A DNA stretch of 64,000 nt from Callorhinchus milii (taxonomy: Eukaryota). Shown here one piece after another: positions 1 to 11,410 of the stretch. Numbering within the stretch: position 1 is the stretch's first letter; the number at the start of each line of letters is the position of its first letter. The position numbers and the translations under genes are program-made. The stretch covers positions 9,550,001 through 9,614,000 of the forward strand of contig NW_024704742.1 of assembly GCF_018977255.1 (NCBI RefSeq), read 5' to 3'. The notes under the pieces were generated by a model. That model was not told where the DNA came from. It made no database searches and saw only the letters and a program-made list of their open reading frames with translations.

Positions 1-16
1 TATGGCCGTCTTATAC

Positions 17-70
17 AGCGCTCCGGGACGCTACCCTGCGTGAGGGGTGCTATGTAAATGCAGGTTGTTT
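17..70 (+). mobile_element. L2 LINE extreme 3' tail
   Basis: agcgctccgggacgctaccctgcgtgaggggtgctatgtaaatgcaggttgtt; same tail as the longer L2 fragments at 9131-9451 and 53690-54070. Confidence 0.65.
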
Positions 71-947
71 TTGCTGCTGTTGTTCTGCTGTGAATTTCTA
101 TGCTTTTGTGCTGAGTTTCCTCTATCTCCACAATTCCGAAGCGATTTCCCTTGAACTTAACTAGCTACCTCCCTCTCCCCTGGACTCACCATGAAGGATT
201 CCTCCCACTTGAGGAATTTAATTAATTAATATGCACTGACTAAGCAGGTGGCAGAGGTTTTGAGATCTTGGCAGTATTTGTGTATCAACCCCAATCCCAG
301 CACGTTGAAAATAGATCTTTCCTTTTTCTTTCCTTTTCTTTTTCTTTTACTTTTGGTACTTTTAGCTGTGAAGCCCCATTAACTGTAAGATGTTTAGTGA
401 TCTTGCAGGTGCTATATCAAGTGCTTATTTTGTAAAATTCAATGCCAGAGAGACTGTGGACTGCATGTTTCCTGGTTTGATTTATGATGCTGCATGCCTG
501 ACAGTGAAGTATTGCCGTCTGGCTGAGCTCTGGGAAATTACCCATTTTAGGACGACTAATGGCTTGGAGTCTGGACAAATTGGGACGGTGATTCTGACTC
601 CAAAGTGATGTTAGTCTTTCACAGACTGTGCTGCCTTGCTCAGCGTCTTCTCATATGCAGAGATGGTGTTAGACACCAATCAGCACAGGTTATGAGCTGG
701 ACCAAGAAAAAAACAACTTGCACTTATATAGCACCCTCCACGCAGAGCATCTCAGAGCGCTCAAATTAAACTGAACATTAAAGATGCAATGTTTAATCGA
801 TTGAGAATATTCTCTCATTGGAAACTGCGATGACAACCATGTCTTGGTGTGTGTCATTGGTTTATTTTCATGTGTTCAACTTGGCTGCAACGTTGACTAA
901 TACAATGCCTCACAATTTACAGTAAATAGTCAAAAGTAAATAGACGT

Positions 948-1263
948 GGAGTCCTGTAGCTCAGTGGTTAGAGCACTCGCTTTGCAAGTGAGAGACCTGA
1001 GTTCAATTCCAGGCAGAGGGCGAAACCTTGGGCAAGTTTCCTTACTCCACACGCCTAATAATAATCCTCCAAAAAACCAAAAACAATAATTAAATTGGTC
1101 ATTTTCAATCTACGACTGTTTGTGGGACATTGCTGTGCGCAATTGGCTGCCGCGTTCGCCCACAAATATACAGTCAATTCACTTTACAGTGTGTTCTGTG
1201 AAGCGCTTTGGGACGTCCTCCTGACGTGAAAAGCGCTATATCAAATGCAAGGATTATTATTAT
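948..1263 (+). mobile_element. Full-length tRNA-derived SINE, short subfamily, L2-type tail
   Basis: Head GGAGTCCTGTAGCTCAGTGGTTAGAGC (A box) ... GAGTTCAATTCC (B box); core tgggacattgctgtgcgcaattggctgccgcgtt (Deu-domain-like); tail ...gcgctatatcaaatgcaagg(ATT)n. Near-identical inverted copy at 62035-62349. Confidence 0.9.
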
Positions 1264-1507
1264 AAAAGCACTTTGAGACAGCATTCAGACATGAAAGATG
1301 TTCTATCAAATGCAACGATTATTATTAATCTGTTTGTGTACAAGCAACATAAATGATCAATGTGCAACCTGGCTTCACCGTATACGTCTGTGCTGCGTGA
1401 ACACCCCTGCTCTACATTGTTGTGCCAAATCGGTAACCACGAATGCCTACAAATACGCATTCACTAAACTTCTGTGAAGCACTTTGAGAAGACTCAACAA
1501 AGCAACT

Positions 1508-1643
1508 GGCTGTGTGCAATTGGCTGCCGTGTTTCGCCCACAAAATATACAGACAATTCAATTTGCAATATATTCTGTGAAACACTTTGAGACGTCTCGA
1601 AGACGTGATAAGACGCTATATCAAATACAAGAATTATTATTAT
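1508..1643 (+). mobile_element. 5'-truncated SINE, long-subfamily tail
   Basis: gctgtgtgcaattggctgcc...tttgagacgtctcgaagacgtgataag...attattat. Confidence 0.8.
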
Positions 1644-2494
1644 ATAACACCTTTCATGCATGGAGAATGTCCTAAGGCCCCTGACAGTCAAGGTTTTGCA
1701 CTCACAATAATAGTATTGAAGCCCCAATTACAAATTGCTTGACATCAAAGGACAGTGTTTGTTTATAGAGTCAAATGCTGAAACAATTTCACGTATATTA
1801 AAAAACTATAATAAAGAATTACAGATTGTGCATTCGACGATCAAATGAGAATTCGAGAAAGACAAGGATGCAGAAATAAAGCAGCAAGGAAAAGTCATAA
1901 AGCATTTATAAAGCTCCCTAGATAACTTGTCATATTTATTTTGGTAATGAGCTTTCAGAAGCATTCTCTACTTGAATGCTTCTGAAGTATGAGGAAGATC
2001 TAATATGTACTGAGGTACAGTAGATTAAAAAACCGTACCAGCTATATTAATGAATATTGACTACCAGTCATTTGGGGTATTTAATTAAACACAGTGTGTC
2101 AGCTAATCTCTCATTTGAATGCAGAATCCTCTTCCCCTCAGCTTGCATCAGTGGATAGAAAGCTACGAGTACTTACTGGTGGATAGAGTTTAAAATGTAA
2201 TGAAAATGACATTGACTTCTGGGCGAAGCTGGTGAACAGCTCTGGATTGTGTGTTATTAATGCCATGGTTGTATTGTAGGTAACCTGGGAACCCACCAAC
2301 ACCACACTTTGTCTATTTATGTGTAATATTATCCATACTCTTCTCTGCTTGATGCTTCCTCTAATCTCTGTGAAGCTCTTTGAGACGTTCAGAGTACATG
2401 ACAGAGGATGACTTCTCTTTAGGATTGCTGTGATATTATTGGACTCTAACCCACAAAGCCAGTTAATAAACTACCTGCAATTGAGAGGTACCCT

Positions 2495-2612
2495 ACCTGC
2501 CCTCCACCCTTCCTGATCCCAACCCCCAGCTCGGGTCCAAATCACCAACTATCCATGCCTTGGGACGTCCTCCCGACATGAAGGGCATTGCGTAAATGTA
2601 ATTTGTTGTTGT
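2495..2612 (+). mobile_element. L2 LINE 3' UTR fragment
   Basis: C-rich tract, cccagctcgggtcc, ttgggacgtcctcccgacatgaagggc, (TTG)n tail. Confidence 0.7.
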
Positions 2613-3039
2613 TCAGGTAGGAAATCTATCTGGCCATGGGTATAAATATGGAGGATATTATGAACTAGTTCAACAACAATAACACATTGCATTAATATAG
2701 TGCCTTTTATGTTGGGAGGAATAGTTCAGTACAAAATAAACAAGCCTCATTGCTCTGATCATTGGCAAATTTACTAACCGTGCTGAGAAAGTGAATCATA
2801 TTCTCTGGTGGTCACCTGAACGGGCTTACTTTTCTGTATTTCTTTAACATTTAGCATACTGATTGGGAACCCAAGCTCAAAATGCCAGTCTGTCTAAGAA
2901 ATTAAAATAATGGCTCAATTGTTTAAAAAATACAGAAGAATGGATTTCTGCCCCTTTTGACTTTGAAAGCCAGAAGAACAACCTTCAGGTGGAAGCATTG
3001 CTACTCTCCGGTTGGATTATCAATTGGGTTATAAGTGTA

Positions 3040-3607
3040 TGTGTCACTTGTGTGTCAGCATCTCAGTTGGTAGCACCTTCGCCTCTTGAGTCAGAGAGTT
3101 GTGGGTTCAAGCTGCACAGCGGGACTTGGAACTCATTTAGTCTAAGATGTTGCTTCCAACACAATCCTTGGGGTGTGTTGCAATGTTGGAGATGCTGTCT
3201 TTTGGATGAGACATTAGGTCCAGGTCGATATTAAAGATCCTGTGGCTCAATTCAAAAAGAGAAGGGAGTTTTTCCCAATGTCCTAGTCAACAAATAAAAT
3301 TGGTCACTCACTTAATGGCTGCTGGGGGACATTGCTGTGTGCAAGTTGGTTGCTGTGTTTGCCTAGAAAATACACAATTACTACATTCTACATAATAATA
3401 GAATGATTTAATACAGTGCTTTATCATGTTGTTGAGACGTCTCAAAACACTTCATGATATTTTAAAATAGATCGACTGTATTTTGTTGGTGAATCACGGT
3501 GGCAGCCAGTTGCCTCAGCAGTGCCCCACAGACAGTCATGGATTGAAAACTAGAAAGCTAATTCAATGTGATAAAACATGTTATGTCAAATGCAAGGACT
3601 ATTATTT
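3040..3607 (+). mobile_element. Older tRNA-headed SINE with an opposite-strand SINE fragment nested at about 3392-3545
   Basis: Head tcagttggtagcacc...gagtcagagagttgtgggttcaagc; core gggacattgctgtgtgcaagttggttgc; minus-strand SINE tail inside; plus-strand tail resumes at about 3568. Confidence 0.65.
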
Positions 3608-4644
3608 AAATCAGAAAGAAAAATTCCACAGCTCCATTTGATGATCGTCCTGCAAAGGACCCCATCTCGTGATTAGTGGTGTCGCTTTAATTTTGACAAT
3701 CATCACCAATGTAAAACGGGTTGAATTGAGATGTCAGGATTTCAATTGATTAATTAATGCAGCTTCACTTGAGAGGACTTTAAAGGCAGTTAATTTACAT
3801 CAATTACCAAGGACAGGGAGACCAGGAAATGGGATTAATTGAAAGGTGGACCAAACCAACACAGTATTTCATTAAGTGTTGCACCTTTCACAACTTGAGA
3901 AATTGAGTATAACATTCACTGTTCATAACTATGACAAAGGAAAGGCAGTGTCAAGTGGGCATTTTCCAGGCCTCAGTCCTGAAGAGTACTGCAGAGAGCG
4001 ATTGCTGACAAGAGATGAAAGCTGTATTCGTCCTTCTCATGTGCTTCGTTTGCGTTGCTGATAAAGGAACGTTCCCATCACAGGGCTGTGGGAGAGGGAG
4101 TGTTTCATAAATATGTTTGATTGAGGAGTTGAGCGATCATTAACCTGGCTGTTTTCACCAGAGCTACAGACAAGTTATATGTCTTTGGATGGATGGTCAT
4201 TTTGTATGTTCTGAAGGAGCAGAAGTAGCAGATGAGTTCTACTTGCCATTTCTCATTTCCTCTTCGCAGGCAGCAAAGGGAAATCACCCTGGGTATTGAT
4301 CCATCGCTAAAGCCTGCCTCTGTGCCTGGCTTTCCTCTTCGATCTTTGATGTTGTTGTTCAGTCCTGCTGGCTTTTCTTCGTTTGTTTGTTTATCATAGC
4401 ACAGACAGATCTTACAATAATGCACTTGAAAACAGATCCAGAGTGTGTGTGTCAGTGTGTATGTATGTGTGACCGATGGCCTGGTTCTTTATTTATCACA
4501 TGTGCCTCCTGTGACTGAGGCTCGAAGTTCCTGATACACTTCCTTGCCAATTATACTATTACTTCCAAAATTCCACAAATACAGAGCTGCTGCTCAAACT
4601 GAGCCTGTGCCCCTCTCCTTGGACTCCTTGCTTGTTTTATTCAG

Positions 4645-5118
4645 CTGAATCACCCCGTTCTTGCTCGGCTTCAGTGGCTACCCATCCCTCAGAGAATCTA
4701 GTACAAAAACCTTTGTTGTCACCTTCAAAGCCCTCCATGGTCTTGCTCTCCCCTACCTCTCCGACCTCCTAACATCATATCAGCCTGTCCCGCTCAACCG
4801 CTCAGTGGACACCGGGCTGCTTCAGGTCCCCCACACTTCGCTACACAGTGGCGGACAGGCATTCAGCATCTCTGCCCCATACTCTGGAACTCTATACTGC
4901 AATCCCAACGCCTCACCCTTTTCTTGCCTCTTTCAAGTCCCGTGTAAAGAACTTCCTCTTCGATTGTGCCTTCGGCACCCTCCCACTCTCACCCCTCCTG
5001 CCCTCCACCCCTCCTGATCCCAACGCCCACTTGTGTCCAAAACCCCCTAATTGCCCAGCACCCTTGACGTCTTTCCAACGTGAAGGGCTCTATACAAGTG
5101 TAATTTGTTGTCGTTGTC
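4645..5118 (+). mobile_element. L2 LINE 3' fragment (ORF2 C-terminus + UTR)
   Basis: Frameshifted peptides VTFKALHGLALPYLSDLL and FKSRVKNFLF are typical of the L2 ORF2 end; TTG-type tail. Confidence 0.85.
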
Positions 5119-5790
5119 TTGAATTGCAGCAGAGTAAAGCCTTCTGCAATACTTTACTGATCGATCTGGGTATAAATAAGTGAATCTGAAATTTAATAAT
5201 TCAAGATTATAAATTTGACAATGCATGTCTGAACAGGTTGGAGATGTTATTTAATATTAATCCTTGTGATTAATATAGTATCTATCACATCCAAATGCAT
5301 CACAGGCACAATGTGCATGCAGCAATCTCCCACAGATAGCCATAAGGTGAATTACTAAATTTGCTTAGGGGATTCTTATATTAAATAATAATAATTATAA
5401 TCTCTGCACTTAGTAAAGCACTTTATCACCTATATCATGTCTCATCCAAAGGACAGCATCTCTGTCAAGGCAGCATTACTCCCTAACCCAAAATTGGAGT
5501 GTAAATTTAGACTGTGACCCACAGTTTGAACATGGGGGTTAAACCTTTAACTTTCTGACCCAGAATCTAGAGCATTACCAAATGAGCCAGGCTGATATCT
5601 TAAACAGTTTGGTTGCACTTTGATGGTGATTCATAGAAGGTCGTGAAAAGAATGTTACATGCAGATAGCAGCCTCACATTTGGGTGTTGTTCTGTATTGT
5701 GCTCTGATTACACTGGGACTTCCTCCCGATGTGAAAGTCTTGTATAAGTATTAAGTTCTTGCTGTTGTTTTGGCACATCCATAATTTGTC

Positions 5791-6251
5791 TAATAATAAT
5801 CCTTGCATTCGATATAGCACCCACAAAAATATACAATTAATTACAGTATATTCTGTGAAGCTCTTTGAGACGTCTCGAAGACATGATAAAGCACGATATC
5901 ACATGCAAGGTTAATATTATCTCATCTTCAAGACGTCTCAAAGCACTTCACAGATATACTGTATAGTGTATTGATACTTTGTGGGTGGAACACAGCAGCC
6001 AATTGCACACAGCAAGTAGTGTCCCACAAACAGTCATGGATTGAGTGACCAATTTTTTAAAAAAAAGAAATTATTACCCCCTGAAAAGCGATCCACCAAT
6101 CGATTAACAGCCGGGTTCCTACTTATTGCTAGGTAAACAGAAATTTGTGGAGTAAGGAAACTAGCCCAACGTTTCGCCCTGCCTACCCAAGAATCGAATC
6201 CAGATCCTCTCACTTGTGAGTCAAGCGCTCTCACTACTGAGCTACAGGACT
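5791..6251 (-). mobile_element. Full-length SINE, long subfamily, with a nested + strand SINE tail at about 5821-5920
   Basis: Head reverse complement ...ctgagctacaggact ends at 6251; internal gggttcctactta segment; tail split by the insertion. Confidence 0.85.
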
Positions 6252-6364
6252 TCTAAGGGAATAGGGGAGAGGCGTCTCACCATCACATCTGGCTTTTACT
6301 ATAAATAGAAATCAGTGATGGTACAGATTGCTGGAGCTCCCATGTAAAGTGCTGTGTGATTCAT

Positions 6365-6990
6365 TCACAACACCAAAGGAGGCAATTCAGCCTAATGTGC
6401 ATGTGCTCTGACGGAGCTCTCCATATAGTCCCACTGTCCTGTCTCCTCACCATACCCATTTAGATTTCCCTTTTCCAAATTTTTTTTCTAATTCACTTTA
6501 AAATGCTATTGTGAAATTCTGCTTTCAACCATTGTTTCTGGCAGTGTTTCATGTCCTAATTACACTCTGTGTAAAAATAAAACTTTTTTGGGGTAACGAT
6601 CTTAAAGTTATGCCTAAAGGCAAAATACAGCAGATGCTGGAAATTTGAAATAGAAACAGAAGTCACTGGGAACACTCAGCAGGTCAAGTAGCATCTATGG
6701 AGAGAGGAAAGTGAGTTAATGTTTCAGGTCGATGATCTTTTGTCGGAACTCAGGCATAAATTTATGCCTGATAGTTACTAACTCAACAATTAGTGGAATA
6801 GACTTTCCAAATTTACCCTCTCAAGGCAGTTTTGAAGAACTCCTTCAGGTCTCCTCTCAACTTCCCTGTTCTAGTGACAAACTTTTCTTGCCTTTCCTCA
6901 TCAATGACGTCTCTCATTCCTAGTATCAGGCTAATGAGTCTCCTCTATACCCTTTGGGTCCTTGACATCCATTTTGGGACATGGACCCAC
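6365..6990 (-). mobile_element. Degenerate CR1 LINE 3' fragment, interrupted at 6616-6756
   Basis: Reverse complement resembles the CR1 end at 8040-8335 (ggaggcaattcagcc, ctgctttcaacc, ctctgtgtaaaaa). Confidence 0.65.
6616..6756. mobile_element. Short interspersed element inserted into the CR1 fragment
   Basis: cagcagatgctggaaatttgaaatagaaacagaa...ctcagcaggtcaagtagcatctatggagagagg...gttaatgtttcaggtcgatga; flanked by a near-direct repeat TAAA(G/T)TTATGCCT. Resembles a repeat I associate with chondrichthyan genomes; family not established. Confidence 0.6.
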
Positions 6991-7276
6991 ATTCTCTGAC
7001 TGTAGCTGTTATTGTAAGGCAATACTAAGCAGAATTCAATTGTCTCCCATAGAAGGATAGGCGAAAGGGCAAGGCAAGTTTCGGGGGCAAGTTGTGTGCC
7101 TTTCTCCTCGACTTAAGAGTCACACAGAGAGACATAAAACAGAGACTGGGAACAATTAACAAACCATCCGACCCATTCATATAAATGAAAGCAAGATTTG
7201 CAATGATGTCAGTCTTATTAATTCTAAATTCAATATTGTCATTGTCCTCCTTTCAAAGTCATTGCTGCTAGCAACA

Positions 7277-7391
7277 TGTTGAGCTAAGCTATACTGTGTC
7301 GATCTAAACCATATTATATTGACGTGAGCCATACAATGTTGATCTGAGACATACTATTATTAATCTGACCCATACTCTATTGATCTATAAG
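7277..7391. repeat. Degenerate minisatellite, about 20-nt unit x 5.5
   Basis: Units tgttgagctaagctatactg / tgtcgatctaaaccatatta / tattgacgtgagccatacaa / tgttgatctgagacatacta / tattaatctgacccatactc. Confidence 0.7.
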
Positions 7392-8039
7392 TGACCATGT
7401 CCTTCAATCAAGGATATTTTTGGTATCAAGTCAAACCTCCAGCCACTTGTGATGACAACAACAACAAGAACAACAAAATTAAATTTGTAAAGCGCCTTTC
7501 ATGTCGGGATGTCCTTATGACTGATGGTGATTAAGAGAATGTGTAAGATTAATTTAGCGGAGACACAGGCTGACTTACCCCAATCCATGCCCTTGTCCCA
7601 TGTTGAGTTGCTCTCACTCCCCAGTCAGGGGGAAATAATCCTTTTGTTCACATTCGGGGCACAATCTGTCAGCGAAGCTGCACTGAGATATTTACAGAAA
7701 CAGCCCTCCCGTGTTGAGGTCGGCTCCTTCAGAGCTGGGAACAGGAAAGGAAAATCTACCAGCAACAACAAGGTGAAACTTAGAGCACTTGGGGGAATTC
7801 AGCTCGTTTCTAGAAATAAATGTAATGCTGCACGGTTTGCAGTTAAGCTCCAAACCACACAGACTAAGTATATCCTCAAGTGGTCTTAAAATGGTCATTG
7901 ACTTTAATTTTTACTGAGCCTGGTATCCTTAACCCTTCCATTTAATGGCCTCCCTTCTTTTAGGCACTGAGTGCAGCTGTAGTATGGCTCCACGGATTTC
8001 CTGTATTTCACCCCCACTGGTGGGTGGGTCGGTAACCCC

Positions 8040-8332
8040 AGGACACCGATTTAAAATAATTGTTAAAAGAAACAGAGGGGAGATGAGGAGAAAAGTTTTC
8101 ACGCAGCGAATTGTTTGGATCTGGAATGCATTGCCTGAAAGGGTGGTGGAAGCCAATTCGATAACAACTTTTAAGAGAGAAGTAGATAATTATTTGTGGA
8201 GGACAAGTTTGCAGAGCTATGGGGAGAGAGCGGGGGAGTGGGATTGATTTGGAAGCTCTTTGCAAAGAGCCAGTACAGACACGATTGGCCGAATGGCCTC
8301 CTTCTGTGCTGTACAATTCTATGGTTCTATGA
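8040..8332 (+). mobile_element. CR1 LINE 3' end
   Basis: Peptide GHRFKI...RRKVFTQRIVWIWNALPERVVEANSITTFKREVDNYL is the CR1 ORF2 C-terminus; UTR ggccgaatggcctccttctgtgctgt followed by (TTCTATGG)-like terminal repeats. Confidence 0.9.
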
Positions 8333-8834
8333 ATAGCCATTCTTCAAGTGAGCTGGTGGATAATGAATGCTGGCAGGTTTCTCAAAAGTACACGTTCAAC
8401 TTTTAACCCTGAACTTTTTGTCCCTGCTGTTGTTAATTCACATGTGCTTTCCCCTGTCAAGGGATCGAGAGCACAGATCTTGATCCCAGCTGAGATTTCA
8501 CTCTGCACAGACTAGTGATCAAACCTTTCCCAGTTCATGTGGCTCCATTTCACACTGGGCAATGCCTCTGTCATCTGAGCAGCAGTGAGAGGTGAGCTTA
8601 TTTTCCTAGTTGGATGTAAAGACACAACTTTACAAACTCCAGTGTCATTGAGACAAAGTCCACAGAGATGACCACAAGATCTATTGAGGCATGATAAGAA
8701 TGGCTCTGGCTGTATCTTCACTGCTTGTACGTAGAGCAGAATAGCAAACACCACTGACTTGCTTAACAGTGAAGAAGTTAATATGCAACAGCAAGGGTTG
8801 AGGTTATGCTTTTATCAGAGGAGGTGCAATGAAT

Positions 8835-9500
8835 AAACCCAGTGTGAATGACATTCCAATGCAGGCTGGGGAGCCTTGCATTGTTGCAGGTGCCGTCCTT
8901 CTAATGAGATGTTAAATCAAGGTCCCATCTGCTTCTTTAGGTGGATGTTAAGCGCTCCAGGATGCTATCCCACGTGAAGGGCGCTATATAAATGCAAGTT
9001 GTTGTTGTTGTAAAGATCTCATGGCACTATTTGAAAAGAGAATGGAGCTTCTCCGGGTGTCCTGGCCAACAATTCCCCAGAAAATAATTGGTCGTTTACT
9101 CCATGGTTGTTTATTGGACATTGTGTATGCAACCACAACAGCACCAACCTGCATTTATACAGCGCCCTTCACGCGGGGTAGCATTCCGGAGCGCTTGACA
9201 GTCTGACCCCAAGCCAGGGGGAGAAGGAGAGGGGAGGTGACCGTAAGCACAATCAAAAATGAAGGTTTTTAGGTGGGATTTGAAGGTGGCGAGGGAGGGG
9301 GCAAGGCGGACGGATTGAGGTAGAGAGTTCCAGAGCTTTGGGGCATAGTAGTTGAAGGGACAGCCACGGATAGTAGAGCGGAGGGGACGAGGCACAAGCA
9401 GAAGGCCAGAGGCAGCCAAGTGAAGGCAGCGGGTGGTGGAGAGCGGTGTCCAAATTGGCTGCCACATTCATCTACAATATACACAGGCACTCCACTTTAT
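8835..9500 (+). mobile_element. Older SINE interrupted by two L2 insertions
   Basis: SINE body (gtgccgtcctt...gagatgttaaatcaaggtccc...gtggatgt|aaagatctcatggcactattt...gtcctggccaac) resumes at 9451 with caaattggctgcc. Confidence 0.6.
9131..9451 (-). mobile_element. L2 LINE 3' fragment
   Basis: Minus-strand peptide SGLLLVPR...APKLWNSLPQSVRLAPSLATFKSHLKTFIF. Confidence 0.88.
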
Positions 9501-10944
9501 GATTAATCCTATTTTGCCGACGTGCTAAGACATTATAGTAAAGTAAGGATCATCATTATGTAAGAAAACGCATTGGGTTATGAGTTCGTCCTTAAGATGA
9601 AACATTGCAGCAGCAGAAGTATAGAAAACTTGAAAACATATCAGAAATTGTTTTGACTGAGCAGCAGCTGCAGTGAAATTCTTAAGGGATTCCGAGACAT
9701 TTTTGGCAGATAGCAAGGGGTTTGGGGAGTGGGGGGGGGGGGGGGGGGGTGGAATGGTCTTTGTAATGTACTATTTCTCAGTGTTGGAACATTGTATTAG
9801 ATTTGCTTTCTCCCCCCCCACCCCTTATTTTAAAAACAAAACAGTACTTTTGCTGAAGTGGAGCAAGATCTGACACAAGGTTTGTGCTTGAGTCATTTAT
9901 TGATTGATTAAACCGTGGACTATACATGGGATTTGTGGGTGCTGAACAATCAGTGATGTACTTTTTGTTTGGGACATTTCCCGCTGGAAACAAAGTGTAA
10001 AACAGCGCTGAGCTCATTTTCTGGAACTGGTGGCGAGATGATCGCAGTAGATCTGAACGTGTGGCAAATTGAGCCGCCTGTTGCTCAGTAATAACCATGC
10101 TCCATCGAGGATCATGTGCAAATGGAGCTTGTGTGCTGTACTACACGCTGAAATCATCCATATGCAGTCAAAATGTTCTGTTGAAATATCCCATGCACTG
10201 AATAGAACACTCACTACCGCATTGGTTAACGAACTTGGCTTTACTAAAATCAGACTTTGCAAACAACAGCTGCATTTAAAAAGTAGCTTGATTCTGTGAT
10301 GGGGCGGGGGGGACACTGGGGTGGATTTCCTGAATGGATGAGACATGATGGGCTAAACGGCCTTCTTCATCCAACTCAATATTGTGTTCAAGAGATGGAG
10401 GCATTATGAGTAATAGCTTCTAACTCACCCCATACAGGTATTCAGGCAGGCAAATGGAAAAGGACATCTTGGCTGTTTGAGTAGAGCATTAGCGTGTCAA
10501 TGTCAACACACATTACATTCTATATTGTTATTCAGAGATGATGGCTAGAAAGTATTGCCTGTCACTACTACAAATTCCCTCACTCATCCCTTCCCCCCCC
10601 CTCCCCACCCACCATTTCCCAATCCAGTCAACTCTGCAGTAGACTGGTGCTAATACTGAGGAAAGGTTGACCATTTTATTCCATCATTGGCGATGTGGCA
10701 CAGGTAAGACCATTAACTGGCTTATTTCTGCAACTCGCAATACTTCCATAAGATTGGGGTCAGTGCTGCAAAATACTGATACTAAGTTCCCAGATTGTTT
10801 CCTTCACAAAAGAAAATATGCATTTTAATGTGTGCAGAAACCCGGTACAAATCAAATGAACGTGAGGATCAGTCTTGCAGCATACTGGGAAGCGAGCAGC
10901 AGGGTGGAATTAGACTCAGTGCCTCACTTGGAAATAAACAACAG

Positions 10945-11410
10945 TGACCCCATCTCCCCCACTCTCGCCCGACTTGACTGGCTCCCTATCCTTCAGAGGA
11001 TCCAGTTCAAGATCCTGGTCCTCACATACAAAGCCCTCCATGGCCTCGCCCCACCCTACCTGTGCGACCTCCTAACCCCCTACCAACCCACCCGCTCCCT
11101 CCGCTCAGCCGGCTCTGGTCCTCTCCACGTCCCCCGACCCACCCGCCCCACCATTGGCGGGAGAGCCTTCAGCCACTCTGCCCCCAACCTCTGGAATTCC
11201 ATCCCCCAGTCACTTCGCCTCGCCCCTCCTTAGTCTCCGTCAAATCCCATCTCAAGACCCTCCTCTTCGACCATGCCATCAGCCACCCCCTTCCCCTCCC
11301 CTCCCTTCCTCCCCCAACCCCAGCTCGGGTCTGAAATGCTGTACTATGTTCAGCACCTTGGAACGTCCTCTCAACGTAAAAGGCGCTACACAAATGTAAT
11401 CTTGTTGTTG
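10945..11410 (+). mobile_element. L2 LINE 3' fragment
   Basis: Peptide ISPTLARLDWLPILQRIQFKILVLTYKALHGLAPPYLCDLL...GGRAFSHSAPNLWNSIP; (TTG)n tail. Confidence 0.92.

Noticed and set aside
948..1020. tRNA-Ala(TGC)-like gene, and similar heads at 20602, 31364, 41239 and 62280
   Set aside because: No proper acceptor stem, and each continues into the SINE body and tail; these are SINE heads, not tRNA genes.
9731..9749. Poly-G run as a G-quadruplex element
   Set aside because: A simple homopolymer with no evidence of function; similar C/G runs occur at about 33168 and 33744.
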